Below, piece by piece: positions 20,201 through 27,118 of a DNA stretch of 64,000 nucleotides. This DNA comes from Frankiales bacterium (lineage in GTDB: Bacteria; Actinomycetota; Actinomycetes; JAFAQI01): assembly GCA_025980325.1 (NCBI GenBank), contig JAICXQ010000001.1:12232-76231 (forward strand). Direction: 5' to 3'. The notes below the pieces were generated by a model, which had not been told where the DNA came from, searched no databases, and saw nothing but the letters and a program-made list of their open reading frames with translations. A program made the translations under genes and the position numbers. The stretch's first letter is position 1. The number at the start of each line of letters is the position of its first letter.

Positions 20201-22401
20201 CGTCGTCGACGACGTACAGCTACGACGCGGCCGGCTCGGTCGATCTGCGGCAAAGCCAGGTGGGGACATCGACGACCTCGACGTCGTTTGCGTACACGGA
20301 CAACGAGCAATTGGCGAATGTGGCCGGCGGTGTGACCGGCACGACGATCACGCTTGTGTATGACTCGCAGGGTCGGCCAACGACGACGAACTACGCGTCG
20401 GGTGTGGCGTTGACGCGGACATGGAACGCCGACGACACACTCGCGAGCCAATCGTTGGCGACCAACGGCAATTCGAGCAACTGGGCGTACGCGTATGACG
20501 GGATGTCCCGCGTGACGGCGGCGGACAACACCTCCGGCGCGACGAGCACGGATTGCACCGCTGCGACTCTGCCGAACGGTTTGCAGTGCTTCACCTACGA
20601 CGCGGCCGGCCGGTTGCATTCGTTTGCCGACAGCCAGGCGAGCCGGACGGCGACTTACGACGCGGACGGAAACCGGTTGAGCTATGGCGACGCGGCGCAC
20701 CCGTCGGTCGCGCCGGTGGTGACGGCGAACTACAACCCGGACGACTCGATTCACGACCAGAAGGTCGGGTCGGGGACGGACAACGTGTATGTGTACGCGC
20801 TGCCGTTCGGTGGGGTGACATCGGACGGGTGCAGCACGTATGCGTACGACGGGTTCGGCCGGCTCTCGTCGGTGACCGGTTCCGGCGGGAGCGGCTGTAC
20901 GTCGAACGTGTCGTACACCTATGACGCCCTGGATCGGCAGGTGCAACGCAACGAGACCGGCTCGAACGCGGTCCGTGGTGGCGTGACGAACCTGGCGTAT
21001 GACGGATTGGCCATGACGTTGACGAGCGAGTCGCTGCCGTCGAGTGGCGGGCTGACGCGTTACACGTTGGACGGCGCGGGTGCGGCGTGGGCGGTGACGA
21101 ACAGCTCGACGAACGGGCAGACGCAGTACCTCGCCGACGACGGGCAGGGCAACGTGACTAACCCAGTCACGGCCAGCAGCGGCAACCTCGCGTGCGGGTT
21201 CCGCTACGACCCGTGGGGCAGCGCGCTGACGACGAGCCTCAGCGTCACACCCACGTGCACGTCGGGCAACACGCCGACCGACCTGCAGTACCGCGGCGAG
21301 GCAAAGGATCCGACGACCGGCACTTACCAGCTTGGGTCCCGCACCTACGACCCGGCGAAGACCGGCTTCCTCAATCCAGACAGTTACCGCAATGCGCCGT
21401 CGTCGGGCGACCTCAGCATCGGCACCGATCCGCTCACCCGCGACAGCTACAACTACGTCAACGGCGACCCGATCAACCTGATCGATCCGAGCGGCCACAT
21501 GAACGAAGCGGAGGGTGGCGGCGGCTGCGGGAATCTGCGGATGCGGACGTGTCGCTTGGTGGAGCAGTACAACTACTACCTGGTTGAGAAGGAGCTGATC
21601 CGCCAGCACGATGCGTACTACGCGGCGGTCGGGGAGCGTAAGCAGTGCGTTGAGCATCGCTGCGGCGGGGTCAACGACCCGAGTGCCGCGGCTGCGTACT
21701 CGAAGTCGATGCTGGAGATCCTCAACGGTGCTGCTTATCAGGGCGATATCAACAGTCCGTGGGTCAAGACCCTCGATCCGCTAGTCCAGTCGTTCTGGCA
21801 GCAAGCCAAACCCAGCTTCGAAGGCGTCGTTACCGAGGACGACACGGTTCAAGGGATCATCGACACCATCGCCACGCTCGGCATCGCCGCACCCGAAGAA
21901 GCCGCCGTCAGCGCCGGCGAGACCGCAGCTAAAGAGGTCACTGAGCAAGCGGTGAAGGCCGCCGCGCGAGTAACCGTCGATGACGCCGCCCCACAAGCAG
22001 CGCGAGACGCCGTAAGCATGGAAGAGGACCTGGTTGCCTCCGGTCGTAGCTTCGGGCCCGGCGCTGCCCACGTTGATGACCCGGCGTTCTCCCCGGCCTT
22101 CTACCGAGGAGCGCCGCCCGGCGAGAATCCAAGCTTCACTCTGAAGCCGGGCGAGTATCGAGTCACTGGGGCCAGCCAAGTTCGAGGGTTGTCTGTCTTC
22201 AACAACCCCGAAGCCGTCGCGTCAAGGGGTATGGTCCCGTTTGAGGTCGACCAGTCGACCGTCTCTGATGCTCTGAGCATCGAGCAGCGCGGCGGCAACC
22301 TGGAGCACTTCGAGATCGTGCCGGCCGGGGGCGCATTTCCGCCGCAGAACGAGTTCCAATCACTACTCGATGAGATCGAAGTGTTCGGTGGAGGTGAATG
22401 A
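11242..22401 (+). CDS. rhs: Giant Rhs/YD-repeat polymorphic toxin (3719 aa) with signal peptide, four Ig/Fn3-like repeats, YD repeats, a Gly-rich insert and a C-terminal toxin domain
   Basis: N-terminal signal peptide (alternative GTG start at 11266 with a GGGGGG RBS). Many YxYDxxGN(R/L) repeats (YTYDANGNV, YTYDADGNR, YSYDFDNRL and others). Core end motif DPLTRDSYNYVNGDPINLIDPSGH at about aa 3395, followed by about 310 aa of C-terminal domain. Confidence 0.9.
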   Translation: MVFRGDVLVIRSRKPHSRTVANRAVAQAIGKTLLAFTVGVSATVVSAPLAAASIPTTVPQLQPVDGESLADTNSGADAIAASATSSGLTERPDTWMQTSRTFTAANGINTTVIGLTPLNYQDAGATWQPIDDELTADTTTGYAWRNTADAYSVEFPANLLSGPIRVSNNGGWVAFQIAGATGAGVVSGNTITYANALPGVSLTYAATPLGLKETMTLADASALSAFTVVVTSSDGLTTATQVDGSTGFVNATGDLIASLAKPWITDANQDMSGLDDALSSSLTPDGTNAWLDALTVSATWLTAPSRSWPVTIDPTLKTEQDFSTDCLMFSGHPTSGVCAQNPAGVGYHADDSLIRRDVMEFSVSSIPSSATVTDSELELDEGLTAYGPVELQIYRNDQSFSAVNATWDDADAHTGTAWISTGRGGDPVGSALISTPFGCDPTGPSCAGVKTFNIAGATQNWVNGTWANTGILLREQVETNDGVVQFNGSNSPTGPPNIVVTWDRNPDQPTLVSPASGATGLSPSPSLQANVTDPDGGDLYARFFVRTHGSSTWDIANGVIMPAPNADDSNGVASGATVTYSPSLSPGVTYDWTAQTWDGTLFSTTPTAQSFTVAPLPPQPTVSSSTHPSPGTWYTARNATLNWSAGSGMTGYSYVLDQPGSGSTTCPSTTPDTTSEGTATTVSYANLADGIYCFHVRAQNISGWGPASNTFEIDIDGTTPGAPSAVTSTPAPNSNGWITSGNFTMNWSVPTQTQVSGIAGYSYVLDQPAIGNTCPPTIPDTTSEGAAASVSYTGKADGAWCFHVRAESGAGLWGPAAHYTVSIDATPLTAPQNLTSNPAPNATGWLTMNSPTMTWSAPASTSGVTGYSYGPLDHPASGSTTCPTTAPDTTSEGTATSVSYSNLADGISCFHVRAENAAGVWGDTAHYTLRIDSVAPTSPANLTTTPSADGLSHATRTIAASWSAGTDATSGVAGYYYTFDNVATRPANTPLSADTFTATTTATLSNSTDGVWYVHVRTIDAAGNLSGYANYGPVILNNVSPIINKTLNTAAANGYYGRGQYLQYTVTVTNPSTLAPSTITGFSDTLQPGQLLIGTDILLSRSDDGSTAARHCLRITGSEQCTISTDGTTITLPNFTLPAGVSLQLVYTTLATGVENGCMITSNTATAADAAGSATTNPVSATICDTGLGIEPWWSYVSTAVGPQSTAQVNVANGNLVVQATDSTPINAHGRLGYVIRRTYNSQDTTALTLPGSLGAGWQLNVGATDDLAGAGVTPTSLSVPTANSVAAPLGITLIDRDGTRHVFTYRSASVAITSPVDVTSLAGGSPIHQLVPVNPLLRPSSLSGSAAFAHVCVDATYQAPAGVHLALWRYVGTNGSTCSAALNDSNARILGFTTMRPDRLRSEFDAAGHLLDLVDGSGVDLRYAYGTTGELRSISEARDCTGAVGTATCRGVVVTYSSDQTNACPIPAGAASSECVIDPAGRRTIYAFDNAVPKHLVEVDNPDDNPSGTRDRFQYAYQGFGASCGAAAAGQLCTVVEPRFDPKTGAVISTTFGYTAQSPLGLPRVTSITDRRHVMTTLAYTGAPSTATTVDDNGERTSYLSIDSSGRVGEVDQGATTASPLSITRYTWDTAANPCTYVSGTVQGTHTAWARPDNNLCRVTRAHISGASDETTSFAYTPEGMLLTSRQVMSSGPDLYRTYAYATQYVRNGSATITATDSVSGSGDVAVGNRSSAIGDGGSVAGDSSVVYALTDLVASLSPRGNVAGATVANFRTDYTVADSTAAEPDVNPGGNACTARNSGSVCTVSAPYSGSSKSITQYDYDSFGQKVSATVPKLSYETPPSGQTYQYTYTYYADSSTDHETHKTSMGGWLEAVTDPAGHYVFFTYDAAGDRTRTWDRNATTASGDSLSAMEAAVATGSGPVGASVTLYANPFNSMPWRYLLLTEEPVGPLTTYAVDVDGNVTAITTNAGHTTTQTFDEAGNLLTRTTPAEPGHPTTNTYDAFGNLATTTSPNNVVTAYRYDALNRRVTTYTDRGSASSGTSNPGGGCFVTDTGANAVPEYAVNEVVCAARASYDEFGNMVSSTDGANHTTTYTYDTANRRVDTLTPRTDTVSYTTRTLYDADGDAIDTCPPRQFTDGGASTCSDTSPGVYSTHRSFSEADRLLTTTTYRARPTSVHGDPANTPATSTDTTTYTYDADGNRTSVADPNNHVTTDVYDFLDRKTSELTPRTSGVNKRTVYTYDANGNVLSTTASGLAPVNVGGTPLNVGSPYSASNPYPLPADVTTYSSITLTGGAWITVPANSAPAAISITVSSTLSICSTCGITLDGDGWAGGTPAASALTTDGFTVSGSGSGPGAGAGGTSAATAGGGGGGAGYSAAGTDGFGGGSPLGGAGGNAGSPYGDATIGGETSTQAGSGGGAGGTIEPSTLGGVGGAGGGILHVTANQIILDGSITARGANGADGQVVQGALGAGGGGGGSGGAIWLSAPQIITDSGSIGHVDVSGGAGGSGTPGGTDGSGGAGAPGRVRFDTDELSSSIVTTAGSTQRTTFGRTTAYSYDFDNRLVDTVIGASSPNAAADGPTGSDGGSNVRTRLVYDDEGNVVGRFDPRAFAASVTSPDVRYESVAVYDADHRLTDVYQPYSDSSGASDPNGAPSQCPDAASLGISAYQGLTGVHVCRLHYGYDHDGNRTLTQLPTYDSSDTTRVYTAAYTPDDLLASTSVPDPSVTSHAAALRAEAYTYDGAGRRLTDQELPDTGGPTTTTTYTADGLVATVTPPTGGASHLTTYGYDPNGAQVSVTMQQDASTTRTSFTDYNSDGSVYANVDPAGNTTSYTYDAAGNQIAVYGPSANAGDATNPNHLPTVYSYFDDNLLATTSTPTVSSGATRRLTTYGYNLGGDKTSVDVDYTNASGTVTTDGAPQRFGYYPDGRIESSTGRSGGSQAFSYDAAGHPLSSSDTANGDTVTTAATYYLDNAIRTVSESGTVVPTSSTTYSYDAAGSVDLRQSQVGTSTTSTSFAYTDNEQLANVAGGVTGTTITLVYDSQGRPTTTNYASGVALTRTWNADDTLASQSLATNGNSSNWAYAYDGMSRVTAADNTSGATSTDCTAATLPNGLQCFTYDAAGRLHSFADSQASRTATYDADGNRLSYGDAAHPSVAPVVTANYNPDDSIHDQKVGSGTDNVYVYALPFGGVTSDGCSTYAYDGFGRLSSVTGSGGSGCTSNVSYTYDALDRQVQRNETGSNAVRGGVTNLAYDGLAMTLTSESLPSSGGLTRYTLDGAGAAWAVTNSSTNGQTQYLADDGQGNVTNPVTASSGNLACGFRYDPWGSALTTSLSVTPTCTSGNTPTDLQYRGEAKDPTTGTYQLGSRTYDPAKTGFLNPDSYRNAPSSGDLSIGTDPLTRDSYNYVNGDPINLIDPSGHMNEAEGGGGCGNLRMRTCRLVEQYNYYLVEKELIRQHDAYYAAVGERKQCVEHRCGGVNDPSAAAAYSKSMLEILNGAAYQGDINSPWVKTLDPLVQSFWQQAKPSFEGVVTEDDTVQGIIDTIATLGIAAPEEAAVSAGETAAKEVTEQAVKAAARVTVDDAAPQAARDAVSMEEDLVASGRSFGPGAAHVDDPAFSPAFYRGAPPGENPSFTLKPGEYRVTGASQVRGLSVFNNPEAVASRGMVPFEVDQSTVSDALSIEQRGGNLEHFEIVPAGGAFPPQNEFQSLLDEIEVFGGGE
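13090..14360 (+). repeat. Four in-frame tandem repeats of about 285 nt (95 aa) encoding Ig/Fn3-like modules within the Rhs N-terminal region
   Basis: Repeating consensus G(Y)SYVLDQPxSGSTTCPxTxPDTTSEGTAxSVSYxNLADGxxCFHVRAxNxAGxWGxxAHYTxxID, seen four times. Confidence 0.6.
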
Positions 22402-22727
22402 TGGTCGGCGAGACGGTCTATGTGACTGCTAAAGCTGTCCGATGGGTCAGCGATGACCCCGTCCCGGGCATCGTTGAGGTCCAGGTCGTAGATGGGCACG
22501 GCAAGGCTTGGTCCTTTATAGACAAGGCACCGATGTTCGAGGAGGGCAACAAACTCACTCGTACGACCGCGTATCCCACGGAGATCGAGTTGGCGTGCAC
22601 CGTCGTCGGATCCAACAGCGACGGGATCGTTGTCTCGACCGCAAGGCCCTGGGGGATCGAAACAATCGATGGGGTGTCTCAGTTTACGTTGGCCCCCGCG
22701 CAAGTTCATGGTCGAGCCGCTATGTGA
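22398..22727 (+). CDS. Putative cognate immunity protein for the Rhs C-terminal toxin (109 aa)
   Basis: Its start overlaps the rhs stop (ATGATGG at 22398-22403). It is small and has no detectable motifs. The position is typical for Rhs immunity genes. Confidence 0.5.
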   Translation: MMVGETVYVTAKAVRWVSDDPVPGIVEVQVVDGHGKAWSFIDKAPMFEEGNKLTRTTAYPTEIELACTVVGSNSDGIVVSTARPWGIETIDGVSQFTLAPAQVHGRAAM

Positions 22728-23619
22728 ATCCCTGACGCGGTGATCGATCGCCAGGCGTCTTGCCGCGTACTCACGGCGTCCCGCCTCGGGTTCCGCGGAC
22801 GGCCGGTGACGACGAACTACCGGACCGGCGTCACACTGGACCCTGATGTGGAAACAGGGAGGTCCATTTCATCGAAGGCTTGAAGGGAACACTTGCACTT
22901 CGAAATGACTGAGCCGAATTCTTAGCAGCGCGGGACCAAGTTCTGCGCGGTGCGCCGATCTTCAAGGGCGGCAACGTTAACAGCCTGCCGCCCGAGCAGT
23001 CGCAATTCGTTACATTCGAGAGTCCGGACGGACGCGGAAGCGCCAATTGAGGCGATAATGCGGGGGCCTGGTTCAGTTGCACGGCTGGTGCGCACCCGAG
23101 GCCCGGCTACGACGGGAGTGACGTTCGCTTCCGTGTAGCCATGGCACGAGGTCGCGACATGACACTGCGTACACGCTTGCGGTATTCCGGGTGCCTACGC
23201 GAGCGGGATGGCGTCCTACGATCGGACCGGAACCGGTCGCGCCAGCTCGCTCTTGTGATCGACGCTCACCGGTTCGAGCAATTTTGGCGTACGCCTACGA
23301 CGGCGTGTTCAGCGCAACGGTGGCGGAGAACACCTCGGGTCGCGACGAGTGCGGATTACCCGTCCGGCGGGCCCGCCGGACGGGTTGGAATGCTTCAGCT
23401 AGGACGCGGTGGGACGAGTGCACACGTTTACCAGCGGTGGGCGCCCTGGACGGTGTCGTATGACGCGGAGCGGAACTGGTTGCTCTCGACCAAGTGAGCT
23501 AACTTACGCACCAACCGGCAACGAGCACGGCGCCCATCCGCCTCAACTCGGGCGAGTCTTAGGCCCACTCGGGTGCAGAGGAAGCGGCGTTGCAGTCAGG
23601 AGTCGTACGTCCAATACCT

Positions 23620-24107
23620 TGATGCCTTCGACCAACTGCGAGCGGTGGGAAGAATTAGTGCCTCCTAACCATGAAGCCCCCCGCATCGAAATGATCGATG
23701 GTCTTGACGCGACCCGACGTCTCGAAGAGTGGTATTTCGGTATAGGCGGGTTCTCGCCCGAACGCGCTGTGGAGTTCATCCGTGAGGAGGCGGCGCTGTG
23801 CGGTGTAGGTGAGATTCGCGTCACACGTCGAGGAGCATGGTGGGTGATCGATTCGGAGGAAGATTGGCTTCCACGAGCCAATGACGGACTAGATGCGTTC
23901 CACGCTCTACTCCGTTACCCGGAAGGCGGCGTCAACGGTGCGCGAACCGAAGCGCTGCTAACCGCGTTTGCGACGGTACTTATCACCGCCAAGCGTGACA
24001 GGTCATGGGTCATCGTCGAATCTCGGGATCGTGCATGCCGCTGGATTCGTCGTCACGGTGACGAAATGTCGATGCATGCGCGAACCATCGCATTCGCCAC
24101 GATCTAG
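23620..24107 (+). CDS. Hypothetical small protein in a low-GC spacer; possible orphan immunity protein
   Basis: Protein-like segment MIDGLDATRRLEEWYFGIGGFSPERAVEFIREEAALCG... within ORF 23409-24107. The start is uncertain (ATG about 23620, GTG about 23659 with a ggaag RBS, or ATG about 23691). Confidence 0.3.
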
Positions 24108-24450
24108 CGCTAGCTGTCCTGACCAAGGACGTTGCTGGCCGTGGTCATGCGGCGGGCCGGGTGATCTCGAGGCGGGCCGAGCACCTCGAAGGACGGTCCG
24201 CATTGACCTTGTGGACGCTCTCGAATCCAACCCCAACACTAACGGCCCGAAATGAATGAGCGTAGTTAGCAGAGGCCCCGGCGATGACGGTTCTAGGACT
24301 GGCTCAACGACCTCACGATACGCGACCTGATTGTTGCGCGCGAACCGCGATTTGGCCCCTTAGGAGCGTTCTGATCTTCGTCGTTCGGATGCCGAGTTTA
24401 TGTACTCTGATCCAAGGAGCCACCGACCAGGCTTGCCCTGAACGTGATGA

Positions 24451-24549
24451 GTGAGTCGCTGCAACATCGGTACCGACCCACTGACCCGCGACACCTATAA
24501 CTACGTCAACGGCGACTCGATTAACCTCACCGATCGCAGCGGGCACGCG
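24451..24549 (+). pseudogene. Orphan Rhs core-end fragment (displaced C-terminal tip)
   Basis: Encodes IGTDPLTRDTYNYVNGDSINLTDRSGH, about 81% nt identity to 21418-21500 of the main rhs. The frame degenerates immediately after SGH, and the downstream protein-like frame is shifted by +1. Confidence 0.6.
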
Positions 24550-24550
24550 G

Positions 24551-25321
24551 GTCGACGTGCATCTCAGACGGATGTTGACAGCATGTGCGCCGGCTACTCG
24601 GGCGCTGGCCCAAAGGCACACCTTGAAGCGCGTCGCGGCCATCGTCGACGAAATCACAGACGTTCTCGTATACGGGCCACAAGTCGAGCGGCTCCTGAAA
24701 GGAAAGTCACGTCGTCCTGCTGATAAGGCGAAACTAAGTGCCATCGGTTACTGCATGTGTCTTCCCGCAGATTTTTGGACCCCTAATTGGTCGTGGCAGA
24801 TGCGGCTGGCGTACCTCGACGACCCGAACCAACTCACCGACGAGAACATCCTCTTCGCGGCCGGCGAGCGAGACGCGGTGGACCCGCATGCCGTCGCGCA
24901 CGTGCTCGAAACCGGGTTCTTGGCTCTTGCGGCCGTCGCGGCGGACGATCCAGAAGAAGGCGCGACGACGGTCGACCCATTCACTGACGACGCCAAGCTA
25001 GTCGACGCCGATCTTGCTGCCGCCGAACGCCACCTGGCGATGATTCCTGACGCGCTCCAGTACGGTCCGAACAAGGCGATGCTTGTCAGCATCCGGTCTA
25101 CAAATGCGGCCGACGATGCCTTGTCGGCTGCGCAGCGCACCTTCCTCGATCACGAGTTGCTTGAGGCCGCATTGGTGCGTGGCGGACTATCACAAGAGGA
25201 GGCGCACCAAGCTGTCGTAACCGTCTTTCCGCACGGCTCGAACTATTCTCCCGATGTGATCCGTCAGTTCTCTACGTACTTCAGCGATACGTACTTCAAG
25301 TACTGGGGGATGACTAGATGA
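24551..25321 (+). CDS. Candidate orphan toxin domain (about 255 aa) downstream of the orphan Rhs tip
   Basis: Protein-like ORF (MHLRRMLTACAP...VAAIVDEITDVLVYGPQVERLL...). The frame is open back to 24485 without an ATG, consistent with a former fusion to the Rhs tip. Confidence 0.4.
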   Translation, partial: VDVHLRRMLTACAPATRALAQRHTLKRVAAIVDEITDVLVYGPQVERLLKGKSRRPADKAKLSAIGYCMCLPADFWTPNWSWQMRLAYLDDPNQLTDENILFAAGERDAVDPHAVAHVLETGFLALAAVAADDPEEGATTVDPFTDDAKLVDADLAAAERHLAMIPDALQYGPNKAMLVSIRSTNAADDALSAAQRTFLDHELLEAALVRGGLSQEEAHQAVVTVFPHGSNYSPDVIRQFSTYFSDTYFKYWGMTR

Positions 25322-25857
25322 CAGGCAAGCTGTCCATCGGAGCCTGGGCGGTCGGATGGTCTAACGAGATCGGGCCCTTTCGGGTCGAATCGAGCGCCGA
25401 GCCTCTAGAGTACGTCTGCGCGGCAAGCACTCATGTTGAGGCGGATTCTGCGTCTGTCGCGATCGAGCTTGTACATCGAATCTCGGGCATGCGGCCGCAC
25501 GCATTGCTTGCCGCAACGTACCAGCCGAGCCAAGACGGCCGCCTGGTCGTTCGGGTCGTTCGGGGAGTCGAATTCGATCCTGCAAAAGCGATAGTCACGA
25601 GCCCTCTCGGGCTGAAACTCGCAACCGCCTTGCCGCCGAATCTGGGCGAGGCAGCGGCTGCGGCGTTTCGGTCGGATGAATCCACCGACCTCAACGTGGG
25701 TGGCGTGGTGAATATCGTTGGCGGAGGCATCGATCACGACTCATCGCCGATGGTATTCATGCGATGTGGCGAGATTCTATGCCGTTTTCTCATGGCGGTC
25801 GCCGTGCGACAGAACCCGCGTGTCGCGATTCAATCCCTTGTAAAGTCTTGGGCGTAA
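25318..25857 (+). CDS. Putative immunity protein for the orphan toxin (179 aa)
   Basis: ATGA start/stop overlap with the preceding ORF at 25318-25321. Confidence 0.4.
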   Translation: MTGKLSIGAWAVGWSNEIGPFRVESSAEPLEYVCAASTHVEADSASVAIELVHRISGMRPHALLAATYQPSQDGRLVVRVVRGVEFDPAKAIVTSPLGLKLATALPPNLGEAAAAAFRSDESTDLNVGGVVNIVGGGIDHDSSPMVFMRCGEILCRFLMAVAVRQNPRVAIQSLVKSWA

Positions 25858-26400
25858 CGCAGGTTGATCGGGTCCCCTTGACGTGTCCACCAGGTGCGCG
25901 CTGGTCAACGGCTATTCCCGATCAGTGAGAAGGCGCGGCATGACCAAGCACGATTCATTGTCCGGCTCACACGGCGACGAGATCTTGAGTGCGTGGCGAT
26001 CGGCCGTTGAGAGATTAGCTAGCGATGGCATGGATGACGGGTTCTGCGACTGGCTCAACGACCTGACGTACGGGACCAGATTGCCAGACAGGAAATGTAG
26101 TTCACCGCCAAGGTGCGTTTGCAACTCCGGCGGCTGGACGTCCTGTTCGGCGAATTGACGAACGAGGTTTCCACATCTGTTGATCCTCTTAATGAGAGTC
26201 CGCGTTGGTGGTGGTTCCGTGTCCCGAGAGGGATGACAGCTGACTTCCGCGAAGAGATCAGAACCAGAGGTATATCTGAGATACCAAAAAAGCCCGGATG
26301 ATCGGTAGAGGCCTCTACAACCATGCTGCGATGGCCCGCAGTGGTTGTCGAGATCGGGGACGAGCTAATTCGACCGATAGCGTCGACGTAAAGTTTAGTC

Positions 26401-26751
26401 GTGGCTCACATCGCGTGTCTCTGTGGCCATCAGATCGACATCGGCCACCTTCCGTCGCCGAATGTTTACCACGGGGTGAGCGACTCGTGGTTTAACTTGG
26501 TCACGAATCGACTCGACAGAGCAGACAACTTGTCAAAGGACGATTTCCTCGATGCGCTTGCCTTCGACCTGTTTGGTTCCCGAGGCAAGAGGGCCTTCAG
26601 GCTGTATCCGTGCCGTCAGTGTGGTCGCGTAACAGTCGAAGCGCATGGATTTCGAATCTCTCTCCGAGCGGAGAAGGGCGACGTGCTCGGGTGGATACAC
26701 GACATGGACCTGGACGTGGCGGAGTTTCGCGAGGCCGAGGAAGGCGGCTGA
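26401..26751 (+). CDS. Small Cys-containing hypothetical protein (116 aa; CLCGH ... CRQCG, zinc-ribbon-like)
   Basis: The ORF has lower GC than the flanks. Two CxxC-like pairs are present. Confidence 0.3.
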   Translation: MAHIACLCGHQIDIGHLPSPNVYHGVSDSWFNLVTNRLDRADNLSKDDFLDALAFDLFGSRGKRAFRLYPCRQCGRVTVEAHGFRISLRAEKGDVLGWIHDMDLDVAEFREAEEGG

Positions 26752-27118
26752 GATCAAAGTGGATGCCTGGGATTGGCGCCTGCAGGTCCAAACGACTACG
26801 GAGACAAGCCGCGTGACCAGGCCGACATCCCCCAGCTGTCATTTGGGGCCGGCATGACGGCGAGTGACATGAGTCTCTTTGGAGAACATTCGGCTTACCG
26901 GCGGACTCCGTCCGCGGCCTTGCTCGGATCCGCGCTCACGGAGCGTTTCCGGCGCGGCTGACCGGCCACTTTCGGGTCCCCTTCCCGATCGAACCCGGCC
27001 AGCGCTGGTCGTCGGGCGCCACGGAATCGGGCGGGAAACTTCGGTCCGGACGCTGAAGGCGCCGTCACGCAAACCCGCGAGGCTCGCCGCTGACGCCCTC
27101 AGCACGACAGGAGCAGGG

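Noticed and set aside
20553-21587. + strand ORFs (20553-20924, 21192-21587) inside rhs in other frames
   Set aside because: Out-of-frame overlaps of the continuous rhs reading frame, which is open across the whole interval.
12013-21657. Very long minus-strand ORFs (12013-15147, 16516-19818, 20038-21657) antisense to rhs
   Set aside because: They are Arg/Gly/Pro-rich low-complexity translations typical of the antisense frame in 70% GC DNA. The + strand frame has YD repeats, a signal peptide and correct codon bias.
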